This document shows positions 11,946 through 24,784 of a DNA stretch of 64,000 bases, in pieces. Source of the DNA: Callorhinchus milii. Taxonomy: Eukaryota. The notes beneath the pieces were generated by a model, which saw only the letters and a list, made by a program, of their open reading frames with translations, made no database searches and was not told where the DNA came from. The DNA lies in the NCBI RefSeq assembly GCF_018977255.1, contig NW_024704742.1:131256001-131320000 (forward strand), given 5' to 3'. The position numbers were made by a program, and so were the translations under genes. Numbering within the stretch: position 1 is the first letter of the stretch; every line of letters begins with the position of its first letter.

Positions 11946-14900
11946 AGTATCAGAAACCTTAAGTGTACCGTGACTCCAGAATATCCACAGTATAAGCCAA
12001 AATCACACCCATGCTAAAGTGGGGCACATTTTAATGGGGCATCTGGATGCAGACACCTGCTACTGAAGTTGGGTACAAGGTTTAAGCAGAGTTACTGTGG
12101 AGTGGCATGAGACCCTGGTGGGAATCCTTCTCCAAACGCCCCCTCCCCCCTCTCAACCGACTGTAATTTTTCACTGACACACAACTGGTAAATTGGATGT
12201 CCTTAACACTAGTGGGTAATGTTTCATTTGTAGACCAATTGATGATAAAGAGGATATTGAACAGATTTTATTTTTGATACTTACGAAATGCTGGTGAATA
12301 TGAGAGATACTGGTGTCTGTCCCGGCCCGATAGCGAATGCCAGCAACCTGTGTGCTATTTGATTAAATAAAAGATTTCCCAATATAAGCGTGTGATGGGA
12401 AGATTGCCCGTTTAAGCGATCGGTGTGTGACAGCTCCCAGAATGTCTCCAGCTTTCTAGCTTGTGAAAGTACTGCAATCCCAGAAGTTTAACTGAAAGCT
12501 GCTTGGCTCAGTTGGTGACATTCTCATCTCTGGGTCAGAAGGTTGTGCGTTCAAGCCCCCGTGTTGGACTCTGAACTCAAGCAGTGGGAAACTTCCCAGA
12601 CCAGTGCTCTCGATGGCAAGCCATGTAGTTTTAGTTGGTTAAACTCCAGCAGTTACTCTACTCATGCATGCCCCAAGCCAATCTGTGCCTAAACTCTGCG
12701 GAATTAGGTGAGCAGAGCACGTTCCTCCAGGAAGAGAATGTGGATTTCATTCCAAACACAAATGGGATGCCTGGAACTCTCAGTTTGGTTTGGATACTTT
12801 TGAGCACGGTGATGGATTTCAGTATGTGAAAGACACCCGTCTGACACAACTGGAGGATGCACCAATTCTCAGGGAGCGCGAGGGCTGAATTAACTTCAGC
12901 TTATGGTATCCTTAACCTGCGTCTCCTCTACTGCTGTGTACATTAACTCTGGTCGCTACAAACAGGAGGCTCACTCACTCTCTCAAGCAAGCCCTCGTGC
13001 TAACAAATTCACAAGTTGAAGAGATAAAAACATAAAAATAACAATGAGCAAATTTGACCTCAATTTCTTTTAACTGCCTTAGTTTGTTTCTATGAGATCA
13101 CAAGATCACAGAATTGGTTTGGATGAAGAAGGCCCTTCAGCTCATCTCATCTCAATCCTCCAAAATACTCATCCTCCCGTCCTCCCATCACAGAAGGGAT
13201 CCAGCTGGGTGCGAGTCCCAAGCTAATGGACTAGGATTCATTGTTTCACTAACAAGAGCAACAACTTGCACTGAAAAATCACCAATCACACAATAATATC
13301 TCAAACGGCTTTACATAATAATAAGCCTTGCATTTGATAAAGTCCCTATTGTGTTGTCGAAATGTCTCAAAGTGCTTCACAGGATTTGACTGTAAAGTGT
13401 GTAACCGGGTATTTGTGGTCGAATTTGGCAGCCAATTTGCCGCACAAGCAGCCATGAAGCAAATGGCCAATATTTTATTTGGGGAAGTTTGGTGGTAAGG
13501 ATCTCTTCTCTTTTCGCGTAGTGCCACGGGATCTTTAATGTCCACCTAACTAGGCAGACGGAAACTCAGTTTAACCTTTGAGCCGCAGGATGGCACATCT
13601 AACAATGTGGAAATCTGAGCAAATTGGGGGGAAGATCGGTTTTTGGAAGAGTATTTGAAAAGAGGGTGCTGTCTGGAGGGAGTTTGGGAGATGGTTGATT
13701 GTTGCTGGTAGAGCAGAGGGAGCGAGAGACTTACAGCAAACATGGAATTGCAGAGGGAAGGGAGCGTGTTGGGGGAGGTGGGGGTGGGCGAAGGAGAATG
13801 AGGCTGGAAGAGATTGCAGATCTAAATCCACTTTTGATCGCAAGATTACATTAGGCTGCACACTTAATTCTCTCATTCCAAGATTTAAGTGTCAGCTTTC
13901 AAAGTGCACACATGCACAAAAAAAGTACACAAACACCCAAAGTACGCAAAGTACACACGCAAACAAAGCACACACCCACACACACTGCCTGATTTTATGA
14001 ATAGAGAGCATGCTGCACAATGACTTTTTGTTGTCATGAGTGATGGGGACACAAGTGGCACTGAGTCAGCGTGGGCCTAGTGAGCAAAGATTGAAATCAC
14101 ATTGCACAGCCTGAAGCTATTTTCTCTCTGGAGTAAAACACCCGGTTATTCCACTACTTCATAGCAGTCCCATTTCTGAGGGCTTTGTAAACCCAGAACA
14201 ATACTTTCAGATGCACCGAGGTAGAAGACCAAGAGAGCAAGGTTCAGACCTTTCAGTTCCAAACCGGATTGACATATGTTTGCCTTCTAAACATGGGAAT
14301 TTCCCTGTGTCTGGAATGGAGTGCACACTATCTCCACAGAGGAACACACCCTGTGTACCTAATTCCAGAGAGGGTTAAGTGTAGGTTTGCAGGACCTCAG
14401 AGAGTGAGTTGGGGGGTTCCGCTGGAGTTTAACCAGTTAAAACCATATAGTTTGCCATTGAGAGCACTGCCTGTTAAGCTTCCTGCTACTTGTCCAGCAA
14501 AGACCACCCTACCCGTTAGGACTTTGGCTTACAGGGTTAACAGGAGCTGAGGGGGGAAGAATCTCTGATTCCAGTGACTCGTCTGGGCCTCCAATTCCTG
14601 CATATGAGGTTCAGGTTTTTAAAGGACAATTTCCGACAGACACAGGGAAGTATTTATTTGCCCAGAAGGTAATTAACAACTGGATGGATGGTTACTTGAG
14701 CTGGGGGGTAGGAGTCAAGGGGTAGGGTCAAAGAGGTACCTTGATCAAGGTGAGAAGGAGCGAGTCAGATAGAGTTCCAGAGAGTGTGGGCAGAATGGCT
14801 GAAAGCCCACACACCAATGGTAGGGAAGATAGGGTGGGGGAAATGAAGAAGGACGGTGCTCGCTGAGTGAAAGTGGTCTAAATAGACTAAGACCAGGAGG

Positions 14901-16082
14901 AATTTCTGGCCTCTGGTGAGACCAGCATGAAACAAATATCAATTTTCTTGAAAACCATTGAATTTCTGAAAAGTGGAACCTAGCGATGTCCTTTCCAGTG
15001 ATAAAAAGGACAAATAATTATACAGCTTATTGAGGTCAAGCTAATTCCCTGAAACTGGATGTTTGTGCCTTGTTTGCTCACAAATTGAATATTGGTCACA
15101 GTTTGCTTTGGATCAATTCAACTAAGTTTGGTTTGCATTGAACTGGATACCAGTCCTTGACCTCAGGCAATCAAACCTCCTTGACAGACGCTTTGTCTGT
15201 TAAAACAGAAGCCACGGGCTAGCAGTTGCCTGTGTTTCTTAACTTGTTCCTTGGGTCAATTAACCTAAGGAGCTCTGCAAAAGTTGTCCCCTTGTTTTAG
15301 ACCGTACCTGCTAACATTTCTCCTTCCCTTTCTACGGATATTGGCTATATGTGTATTGGGATCGAATTCCATAACCGCTAGTTGCCTCGAGTCCATTGTG
15401 TTTATATATCAGTCTTGGCTTGAGCCTTGGACATGCCCAATACTATAAGCCTCCAGCAAGAGATTGAAGGTGATAAGGAGTCTTATACGAAACTTAACTG
15501 GGAAAAATAAGGCCAAATGTACACTTACAGGCTGAGATTAGCTAAATAATCTTAAACATTTTTTTAAAAGACCTGTGGAAAAATAGGTTCAAAATTAAGA
15601 TGGAAAATTAGGAGTTACAATGGAATTAAGGCTATCTATGATCATGAGAAATTCTGTACCTCAGAAGTAGGGATGTGGGTCAATCTAGCCTGGATATCTT
15701 ACAGCTCATTATAATGATGCCCCGATAATACTAAAAACACTACGTGAACCTTAATCCTTGCACTTGATATAGCAGCATGTTTCACATGATGAAGATGTCT
15801 CAAAAAGCTTCACAGGATCCACTGTAAAATGTAGTGATTGTGCATTTTGCAGATCCACACAGCACCCGTGATGTGAATGACAGTCAGGGCAGTAGGGGAA
15901 GCTACCTTTCATTTTCAAACAGGGCTACTGGATCTATAATGTCCTTCCAAATAGGGAAATTGTACCTTTGTTTAATATCACATCTGTAAGACGGCACGCA
16001 ATGCACTGGAATGTCAGCCTAGACTGTGAGTTCAAAGTCCCGACATCCACCAAATGAGCCGTGGACCATAGAAACCATATTG

Positions 16083-16400
16083 TGGAGTCCTGTAGCTCAG
16101 TGGTTAGAGCACTCGTTTGCAAGCGAGAGACCTGAGTTCAATTCCAGGCAGAGGGCGAAACCTTGGGCAAGTTTCCTTACTCCACACAGAGCCTAATAAT
16201 AATCCCTCCAAAAAAAAAACAATAATAAATTGGACATTTTCAATCTACGACTGTTTGTGGGACATTGCTGTGCGTAATTGGCTGCCGCGTTCGCCCACAA
16301 ATATACAATCAATTCACTTTACAGTGTGTTCTGTGAAGCGCTTTGGGACGTCCTCCCGACGTGAAAAGCGCTATATCAAATGCAAGGATTATTATTATTA
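16083..16400 (+). mobile_element. Family-2 tRNA-Ala-like SINE, short (internally deleted) form
   Basis: A-box TAGCTCAGTGG 16093-16103, B-box GTTCAATTC 16136-16144, CTCG-TTTGCAA-GCGAG anticodon arm, L2-type hairpin tail, (ATT)n. Confidence 0.9.
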
Positions 16401-16927
16401 TATATTTATAGCACAGAAGAAGCCCATATGTACACAATGTCTGCAGGGCTGAGGATTTAAGATCTCTCGTATACGGATAGATGATTCATTATTGATCAAT
16501 GCAAATGCACTGCACAATAACAGGTTCTGAGTTAAACCAGTATCCTAGCGATTAAAACCATTGCATTGGAACTTTACCAAGACTATTTTGTAAAATCCTG
16601 AAACAACTCGACACCCTTGGCCAAAAAAGTAATTTAAGGAAAACAAGGCTTATCTTATTCCCAGTTCATTTTTGTGTCAAAAGACTGGTCCATTTTGTTA
16701 AGCTGTGAGACATATTACTGTGAATGTGTAGAGAGTCAGTGACTGAAGCCTACTCAACTCCTCTGTGGTACAGATGCCTGTGTGAAACACCCTCCCATTG
16801 TCCTGAAACTAGAAGTTATAGAACTGATGGGGGTTATTCGCACTATGACCAAATCTCCCGACTGATAACGTTCTATTAAAGACACATGGTAGAATATAAA
16901 CAAAGTCAGGCAGAGGCAGATCAGTCA

Positions 16928-17213
16928 ATCTCTTCAAACAGGTGTTCCCCCGGGGATTTGATTCCCATCACAGGGTGCGTCCCCTTTAAACAGATGTTTA
17001 TTGGCATTGGGTGTGATCCCTTCAAACAGACATTCTATGTTACATGGTGTGATCCCTTTAATCGGGCTTTCCCATCATAAACTAACTTTAAACTTTCCCT
17101 TTAAACTAACTTTTTTTGTGACAGACAGCGAGTGATCCCTTTAAGCAGACTGTCACAGTGGGTGATCCCTTTAAACAGGGTTCCCCACCATAGGGTAAGT
17201 TCCTTTTAAACGG
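16928..17213 (+). repeat. Degenerate minisatellite, ~30-36-bp period, conserved GGGTGTGATCCCTTTAAACAG core
   Basis: Core copies at 16973, 17009, 17045, 17128, 17158, 17193; partial copies at 16928 and 17095. Confidence 0.8.
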
Positions 17214-17687
17214 AATAACTGAATTAGTGGGACACCCATCAGCTGGTGTGCACAGTATGTTGGGTCTGAAGAGCGAGAATGTCTCTGGGTTGTAATAGAC
17301 CTATTTGAATCCTGATGAGTGCGTAACTAGTTTGCCGAGAAATGTTATGCTTGGATCAGGATTATGCCTGGATCAGAATTTCTATAAACTGCAGATAACT
17401 GCAAATCTTTTTAGCACAGCTCATTTAATCATTCAACCATCGACCCAATCTAAACAAGAAAGAAAAAAACAGCGCAAAGCACTTAACCAGAACGAACACT
17501 TTACATGTCTGTGATTAGACTAGTCCCACGTGCCACTCGCCCCTCAGGTGAAAGTTGGAGGCATCGTGTTAGACACGCTGAGTGTTCAAGCCGCTTACCG
17601 ACTATTGCTCTCCTCTTTGGGAATGGCAAATTGGGCGTGAGCGCTGTATAGGGATAAGTGTTTACCATTAAAATCGTGCAGTGTATT

Positions 17688-18031
17688 CGTTAGAGCACTC
17701 GCATCGCAAGCGAGAGGACCCGGGCTTGATTCTCGGGCAGTGAGATACCTTTGGCAAGCTTCCTTGCTCCACGTGCCTCTGTTTACCTGGCCATAAATAG
17801 GAACCCGGTTGTTAGTCGATTGGCAGATCTCTTTCCGGGGGTAATAATCCCGTAAAAAAAATGGTCACTCAATCCACGATTATTTGTGGGACACTGCTAT
17901 GCGTAATTGTCTGCCACGTTCCGCCCTCAAAATGTACAGTCAATTCACTTTACAGTATATTCTGTGAAGCGCTTTGAGATGTCTCGACGACTTGATAAGG
18001 CTCTATTTCAAATGCAAGGATTATTATTATT
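17688..18031 (+). mobile_element. Family-2 tRNA-SINE, long form
   Basis: GTTAGAGCACTCGC..GCAAGCGAG head, GCCTCTGTTTACCTGGCCATAAATAGGAACCCGGTTGTTAGTCGATTGG, tail plus (ATT)n. Confidence 0.9.
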
Positions 18032-18506
18032 ATATTAAGATGAATTCACGCTTGGGAAAAGATCCAGGATACACCTCTTTGAGGCGTCCCAGGGCTATGG
18101 CAGACACTGAATTAGGTAAAGCATGTTCCTCCATGGAGAGCATGAGGAATCCATTCTAGATATAGGGCAATTTCTATGCATAGGTGGCATATATGTCTGT
18201 CGGTCAGCTGGCTATCGAAAAAGAATGCTGGCAGAATGTTGGAGGAAGTGTGACAGAGATGAGAACTACACAGTTTGAGGGATCGCAAAAGAATGAGATT
18301 GAGATGGAGGTGGTATTGAAGAGCTCTGATTCCATTAACAGTGAAGAAGTCCCAGGGTAGTGACACAGACATAATGGGCTGAATAGGTGTCTTCTGTGCA
18401 AAAAATACTTATATTCCTCTGGAACTTAGAACTGGCTTCTTGTTTGTGGTATTCAGTTTGCTAATAGCCCCCAGTGTGAGGAGGACCCTACTTAAATAAA
18501 GATGTG

Positions 18507-18850
18507 TGTCAGCCGGGCTCAGTTGGTAGGGCTCTCGCCTCTGAGTCAGGTGGTTTTGGATTTGAGCCCCCTATCAACAGTTTCAACTTAATACGTGTCT
18601 GCCTGTTCAGGTAGATGTTAAAGATCCCACTGAACTATTCAAAAAGAAAAAGGAGTGTCTTGATCAATAAATCCGCCCGCAAAAAAAAAAAATTGGTCAT
18701 TCATTTCATGGCTGTTTGTGAGGCATTACCATGTGAGATTTGGTTGTTACATTCCCCTTCAAATGCACAGCCACTACACATTATTGCAAAGCGCTTTGAG
18801 GCATCCTCCTGATGTGAAAGCCGTTTCATCAAATGCAAGGATTATTATTG
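18507..18850 (+). mobile_element. Deu-domain tRNA-SINE (family 1)
   Basis: TGTCAGCCGGGCTCAGTTGGTAG head, GCCTGTTCAGGTAGATGTTAAAGATCCCA, tail. Confidence 0.85.
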
Positions 18851-19057
18851 TTAATATCTCATGCACAGTCAGGGAGGAATAACAGAAAGCACCTATAAAG
18901 TAAGGAATACTTTTTTTTAAGTGTTGAAATATGTAATGATGAATGGGGCAGGGGAGAACTATGTGGGGTAGGTAATGAGGGTGGGGGCAGCTGGGAAATG
19001 AAATTGATGTTTCCCCTTGTGACATTAATTGCTACTGCATCAGTGCTAGACTGCTGC

Positions 19058-19354
19058 GAAACCTTAGGGAAGTTTCCTTACTCCACACGCCTCTGTTTAC
19101 CTTGCAGTAAGTAGGAACCTGGTTGTTAGTCGATTGGTGGATCGCTTTCTGGGGGTATTAGCCCCTCCATATAAAGAAAATTTGGTCACTCAATCTGAGA
19201 TTGTTTGTGTGCAAATTGGCTGCCGCATTTTGCCCACAAAATTCACACCATGCTTTAACTAATACAGTTTTTATAATATATATTCTGGTGAAGTGCTTTG
19301 AGACGTCGCAACAATGTGATAAGGTGCTATATCAATTGCAAGGATTATTATTAT
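19058..19354 (+). mobile_element. Family-2 tRNA-SINE, long form, 5'-truncated
   Basis: AAGTTTCCTTACTCCACACGCCTCTGTTTACCTTGCAGTAAGTAGGAACCTGGTTGTTAGTCG. Confidence 0.85.
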
Positions 19355-20412
19355 AACTATTTTAATTTTTCACCGATTCTCCAGCCAGTCTCTCTGGTTT
19401 TAAGTAGAAACAGGTACTTGTTTATTTGTCGATCACTTTCCTTTGCAAAATATTACAGAACTCATCTGGAAAAAAAGTCTAAAACTACCTGAAGGAGACA
19501 TGGTTCAAACCAATTAACAGACAGCAGCAGACACAGGTAAAATTAAGCGAAGGGTTTAACTTCAAGCAGTCTGTGCTGTATTCATCGATTTACAGCAGTG
19601 GATAATGGGACGGTATCATGAATTTGCTCAGACACACACACACAAACAAACACATACACCCAAACGCACACACAAATCCCTTTACTTTCTTCTGTGTATG
19701 TTTTTGGACTTGAAATATGTCTTTGGAAAAGGTTAAGGAGAGGGGTGGGGTGGTGGTGGTGCGGAATGGGAATAAGATATTAAACACAACAGCTCACTAC
19801 AAAGGCTGGAGCTGGGAGCTGGAGCTGAATGATGCCCGGCGGCTCATTCTGGGGGTCAGGAAAGTGCAACAAAAGGAATCGTCTGCCTCGAATGTAATGG
19901 ATGAGCTTAGCAGCAGTCACAGAACCAGATACGGTTGTGAAAGCCCCACTCATGGATTCGGTGTTGCTGATGTGCCTGCCTGGTGTTCTGAGTGCATGTT
20001 TTGTGTCGACTGGAGACGAGCGAGTTCCCGTGAGCGCAGCGCAAAACAGGGGCCTGGGGTAGCAGGACTATGCTGGAGGGACGGGCTACGGCTGAGAGAG
20101 GCGGTTTCAGGGCCACTGTTTTTCACAGTGCAAATGTGCTCCGAGATGATAAAACTACGTAAAGGGTGCTGTGTCAATGCAAGTTGTTGTTGTTGGAAAT
20201 ACAGCAGGTAACAACTATGTTGAATGGGGGGAAATGGGGGAAGGGAAATCACAAGATCTCCTCTACCTCCCCTTTTCCTCTCCCCCCACCCCTCCCCCCC
20301 ACCCACCCCTCCTCTCTCCTCTCCTGGGTTTTGATAGTTTTGCCCCTGCACTCAGGAGCCCCAGAGCCAATCCACTACATCTCTGGGTTTTGGTTTAAGG
20401 CAGACACTAAAG

Positions 20413-20728
20413 ATAATAATAATAATCCTTGCATTCGATATAGCGCTTTCTCACATCTTCTAGACGTCTCAAAGCGCTTCACAGAATATACTGTAAAGTG
20501 AATTGACTGTATATTTGTGGGTGAAACGCGGCAGCCAATTGCGCACAGCAGTGTCCCACAAACAGTGGTGGATTGAAATGACCAATTTCATTATTGTTTT
20601 TTTTTTAAGGATTATTATCAGGCATGGGGAGTAAGGAAACTTGCTCAAGGTTTTGCCCTGCTGGGAACTGAACCCAGGTCTCTCGCTTGCGAGGTGAGCG
20701 CACTAACCACTGAGCTACAGGAACTCCA
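20413..20728 (-). mobile_element. Family-2 tRNA-SINE, short form
   Basis: Reverse complement closely matches 16083-16400. Confidence 0.9.
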
Positions 20729-22305
20729 CCCTGGGACGCCATTCGAACAAAGAGACAGGAGTTTCTCCTGGTGACCTGGCCTAGCACACAGTCCCACGGA
20801 TTAATTGACTGTTCACTCTATGGGCTGTTTGTGGGTCATCGCTGTGTGCAAGTCAGATGCTGTGTTCATTTACAAACACACTCTCGTTACACTGGACACA
20901 TATTCCCTGTCAAGCACTTTGAGATGGCTTTGATCCTGTATCGAATGCAAGAATCATCATTATTATTGCACTCCTCACGGCGAGATGTGTAGTGGTTGCT
21001 AGCTGCAACCCAAATCCAAGCGTTGACCATTGTACAGCCCTCATTCCCCCCTCCCAACTCCACCACACATCAATGAACACAGCTATATATGATATACTAT
21101 TTAATATATATTATTTACGTCATTCTTATCATATACTAAGAATGATGTCCGCATGTAAATATTTACTCAAACCGCTTTCTTCTCCCCTCTCACCGACTGC
21201 TTCAAAGTTTGGTTTTTTTTCAAGAAAGATAAGTAGAAGTTTGAATAGCTGAAAATATCCTGTTCGTAAATAGTAACCTTTTCAAAGATTCACAGCTCAG
21301 GCACCAAAGCAGAGACACATCTGTCTCGCGGTGAGAGGTTACTGCATTGTTTAATACTAAGAGGGAGGGAGATGTGTGCATGTGTGTGTATGGGGGTGGA
21401 GGGGGGGGTGGGGAGCAGTGGTGAGCAGACCTCAGTGCCGTTAAAAAGCGAGATCACATTTGAATCTCTGATTATCTGTGTTTCACTGGGTTGGGAGGAG
21501 GAGCGAGTGGTAGTGGATGGGGAGAGGGGCCGCTGATTCATGGAGGGGGTTGGGGGAAGGAAGAAAAACCCCTCCGAGTTAACAGTGTGCTGTATAACTG
21601 CTGCTCAAGTTCCCACAGAAATATGGTAATATTACAGCGGCGATACTGAGACTTTAATTTGAAGGACTGCAGAATTATTCAAATCTGCTGCCAAGCTCAC
21701 TGTAAGCTTCCAGCTCTGGCGAGTCCTAATCTGCTTTGTCTGCTTGTTTGTCTCTTAATTATCCTCTGGCAAATAATGGAACAACACACAAAACTCGCCC
21801 ATATGGGGCTGCTCTGATAAAAATAAAAGGAGCGCTGTACGGAGATAATGGGGGATATAATGCCAGTGCCTTCATTAGAGATGTGTGCTCCGCTCTCTCC
21901 ACCAAGGCTCTGCTCTGCTCTCTCGCTCTCTCGCTCGCAGGCGTGGAATTGTGGGATCAAATTAATGTCCTTTCAGCAACGAGGCCGAGAAGGATTTAAA
22001 GATTAATCTTGAAAGGCAGCCCCCCACCCCCCCACCATTTCCTGTCTCCTCAATCCCGTTCCCTCCCTCTCCACTCCACACCACTAGCGGGGGCTGAGGT
22101 TTTGAATCCCACGCCCCTAACCTCTGGAACTCCCTCCCTCCAGCCCTCTGCCTCGCCCACTCTCTATCTGTCTTCAAGTTGTGCCTTTAAAGCTACCTCT
22201 TTGACCGCGCCTACAGTCACCTCCCCACTTTCTTCCTCTCCCCCTTGCTCCACCAATGAAGCGCTCCGAGATGTGAAGGGTGTTCTATAAATACATGGTG
22301 TCGCT

Positions 22306-22790
22306 ACAACAACAACAACAACAAATTGCGTTCATATAGTGTCTTTCACGTCGGGAGGACGTCTCAGATGCTGGACAGTCAAAGGTTTGGATCCGAACTG
22401 TGGGCCGGAGTCAAGAGGGGTGGAGGACAGGGAGGGCGATGATGGGAAGATGAACGCGGTCGAAGAGTAGGGTCTTGAGATAGACCTTGAAAGAGGCAAG
22501 GGAAGGGGGTGAGACAGAAGAGCTCCAGGATGGAGTTCCAGAGGGTGAAAGGCTAAAGGCCTCACCTCCAATGGTGGAGCTGGCAGAGCGGTGACAAGGA
22601 GCAGGCCAGAACCTGCCGAGCAGAGGGAGTGAACAGGTAGGTAGTATTTTACAAGGTCACAAAGGTAGGGAGGAGCAAGACCATGGATGGCTTTAAAGGT
22701 GAGGACAAGGGTTTGAAACTTGACCTTCTGGGGGATGGCGAGCCAGTGAAGCTAGGCGAGAATGGGGAAGATCGCTTAGCGGAGCTTAAC
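22306..22790 (-). mobile_element. L2 3' fragment, tail-to-tail with a + strand L2 fragment at ~22050-22295
   Basis: (CAA)n plus L2 hairpin; antisense [24 protein letters not shown]. Confidence 0.85.
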
Positions 22791-23704
22791 AACTCAATTC
22801 AGTGAATCATCAAGCGTCGGAATAAGTAATAATAATAACGTCTTTGAGACGTCTCAAAGTGCTTCACAGAATATACCGTAAAGTGAATTGCCTGTATATT
22901 TTTGTGGGCGAAACACAGCAGCCAATAGCGCACAGCAGTGTCCCACGAACAGTCATGGATTGAGTGACCAAATTATAATTATTGTTCGCCAACAGCAGCA
23001 AAGCCACTCGCTGTTCACGTCCTCCTCCCTCCCCCAAGCCTGCTCTCTCCCGGCCGCTCCCTCCTTCTCCTCCCAAAATATTTATTAGCCCGAATACCCT
23101 CTCCTTATCTGGGTTCTGCTGGCTGTTATTAAGTGGCTGACTGTCTGAGTTGTGGCAGACAGACCGAGAGGAGATACTGGGTTTCGCACAAAGGTGAGGC
23201 TGTCATTCCAGTAAATCTGCCTGCCTGCTGTCTCCAAATGTCAGGAGGAAAATGTCACACATGATTTGCATGCATTAGGCAGGTAACGGATGACAAGAAT
23301 TTCAAAACCACCTAAATGATTAATGATTTTCGAGTCATTCTTTTAAATGGTTTCAATGGTGTATAGTAATTCCGGAGACACTAAGCCAGATATCTGTATC
23401 TGTTATGACAAGCAGTGTAAATGCCAGGCGCTGTAATCTGAATAATAAATGAATCTCGGATTCGTTAAGTTATTCTGACAACATTGTAAGATAAAGGACC
23501 CTCCCTAGCCACACACTGCCTTCACACCTATCCCCCACACCCTCCTCTCTCCCTCCTGACATCATTATATTCCGTGTTCAAAACTCTTAACAGCATATAT
23601 TTTGAGATCGAATGCTGCCTCCTGTAAAATATTAGTCCTTTGGCAAGCTAACAGATACAAGTGAAACCAAAATTCACCCAGTCATAAAGAAGCCTGGCTC
23701 CTGT

Positions 23705-23965
23705 TGTCAGCCTGGCTCAGTCGATAGTACTCTCGCCTCTGAGTTAGAAGGTTGTGGGTTCAAACCCCACCTTGGGACTTTGAGCTCACAGTCCAGGCTG
23801 ACTCTCCAGTGTAGCACTGGGGCCAGAGCTGCTTTGTCAGAGGTGCCGCCCTTTGAATGAAACATTAAACTAAGACCCAGTCTGCCCGTTCAGATGGATG
23901 TTAAACATCGCATGGCACTATTTAAAAAAAGAAGGGAGTTTCTCCCATGTACTGGCCAGCAATCC
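23705..23965 (+). mobile_element. Deu-domain tRNA-SINE (family 1), 3'-truncated
   Basis: Intact head and Deu core GATGTTAAACATCGCATGGCACTATT. Confidence 0.85.
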
Positions 23966-23989
23966 CTCCTCCCGCCGCCCCCCCATCCC

Positions 23990-24420
23990 CCACACGCACA
24001 CACACACGGCGGATGTACACACACACTGCGTATATATATGTCCTCCTAACATGAAAGGCGCTATACAAATGTAATTTTTTGTTGTATACACATATACACA
24101 TATACATACACACTGAGCATACACACACACAAACTTTGTGCACAGCGTACAGACACACACTGACACACTGCATATATAGATATACACAGTATGTACACAA
24201 AAACACACATAGCGTACACACACACACATGCACATGGACAGATGGGTTCACAAACAAACATGAGGTGCACTCATCTAAGCTGCAGGCAGACACACAAGCA
24301 TACATAAATAGACGTACAAGTGCACACATAGGCACACACGGATGCATAAATACACGAACACTAGCGCACATATGCATGCTTGCGCACACAGACGGACACA
24401 CAGAGCAGACTCACTCATGT
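23990..24420. repeat. Degenerate (CA)/(TA)-rich low-complexity tract
   Basis: Long alternating purine-pyrimidine run; contains a small L2 tail at ~24040-24085. Confidence 0.85.
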
Positions 24421-24784
24421 ACAATGATGGAAGAATAAGTTGCTGCAGTACAGAGATCACAAATGGATTTCATTCAGATTCATGAAATTTCATTCAGATT
24501 CATGAAATTGACCCGTAATTGACACGAATGCAAATCATGGGGCAAAAAATAACCCGATTTGGTTTGACTGCACTCTCTGTATCATGCCATCTGCCCTGGA
24601 ATATTTTGGAGAGCAATATTCATTTTGCCAGACTTGTAGAATTCGAGAGGTAAGAGAAAAGACGTGGCAATGTGCTTGCTTAAAAAAAATTAAGGTTTAT
24701 GCAACAGTTTGATGGGTACCAACGATAAGTTAATGTTCTGGCTGTGAATCTTCAACAGAGATAGAAAAATTGGTAGAGAAAAGT

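Noticed and set aside
16083..16155. tRNA-Ala-like genes here and at other family-2 heads
   Set aside because: No proper acceptor stem or Pol III terminator; each continues into a SINE body and tail
16928..17213. CRISPR array
   Set aside because: Vertebrate context, no cas genes, degenerate repeats, spacers too short and irregular
19717..20351. Overlapping 130-160-aa ORFs
   Set aside because: Run through G/C tracts and an L2 tail; no domain resemblance
23918..24460. Cys/Val- and His/Thr-rich ORFs
   Set aside because: Translations of CA/TG low-complexity repeats
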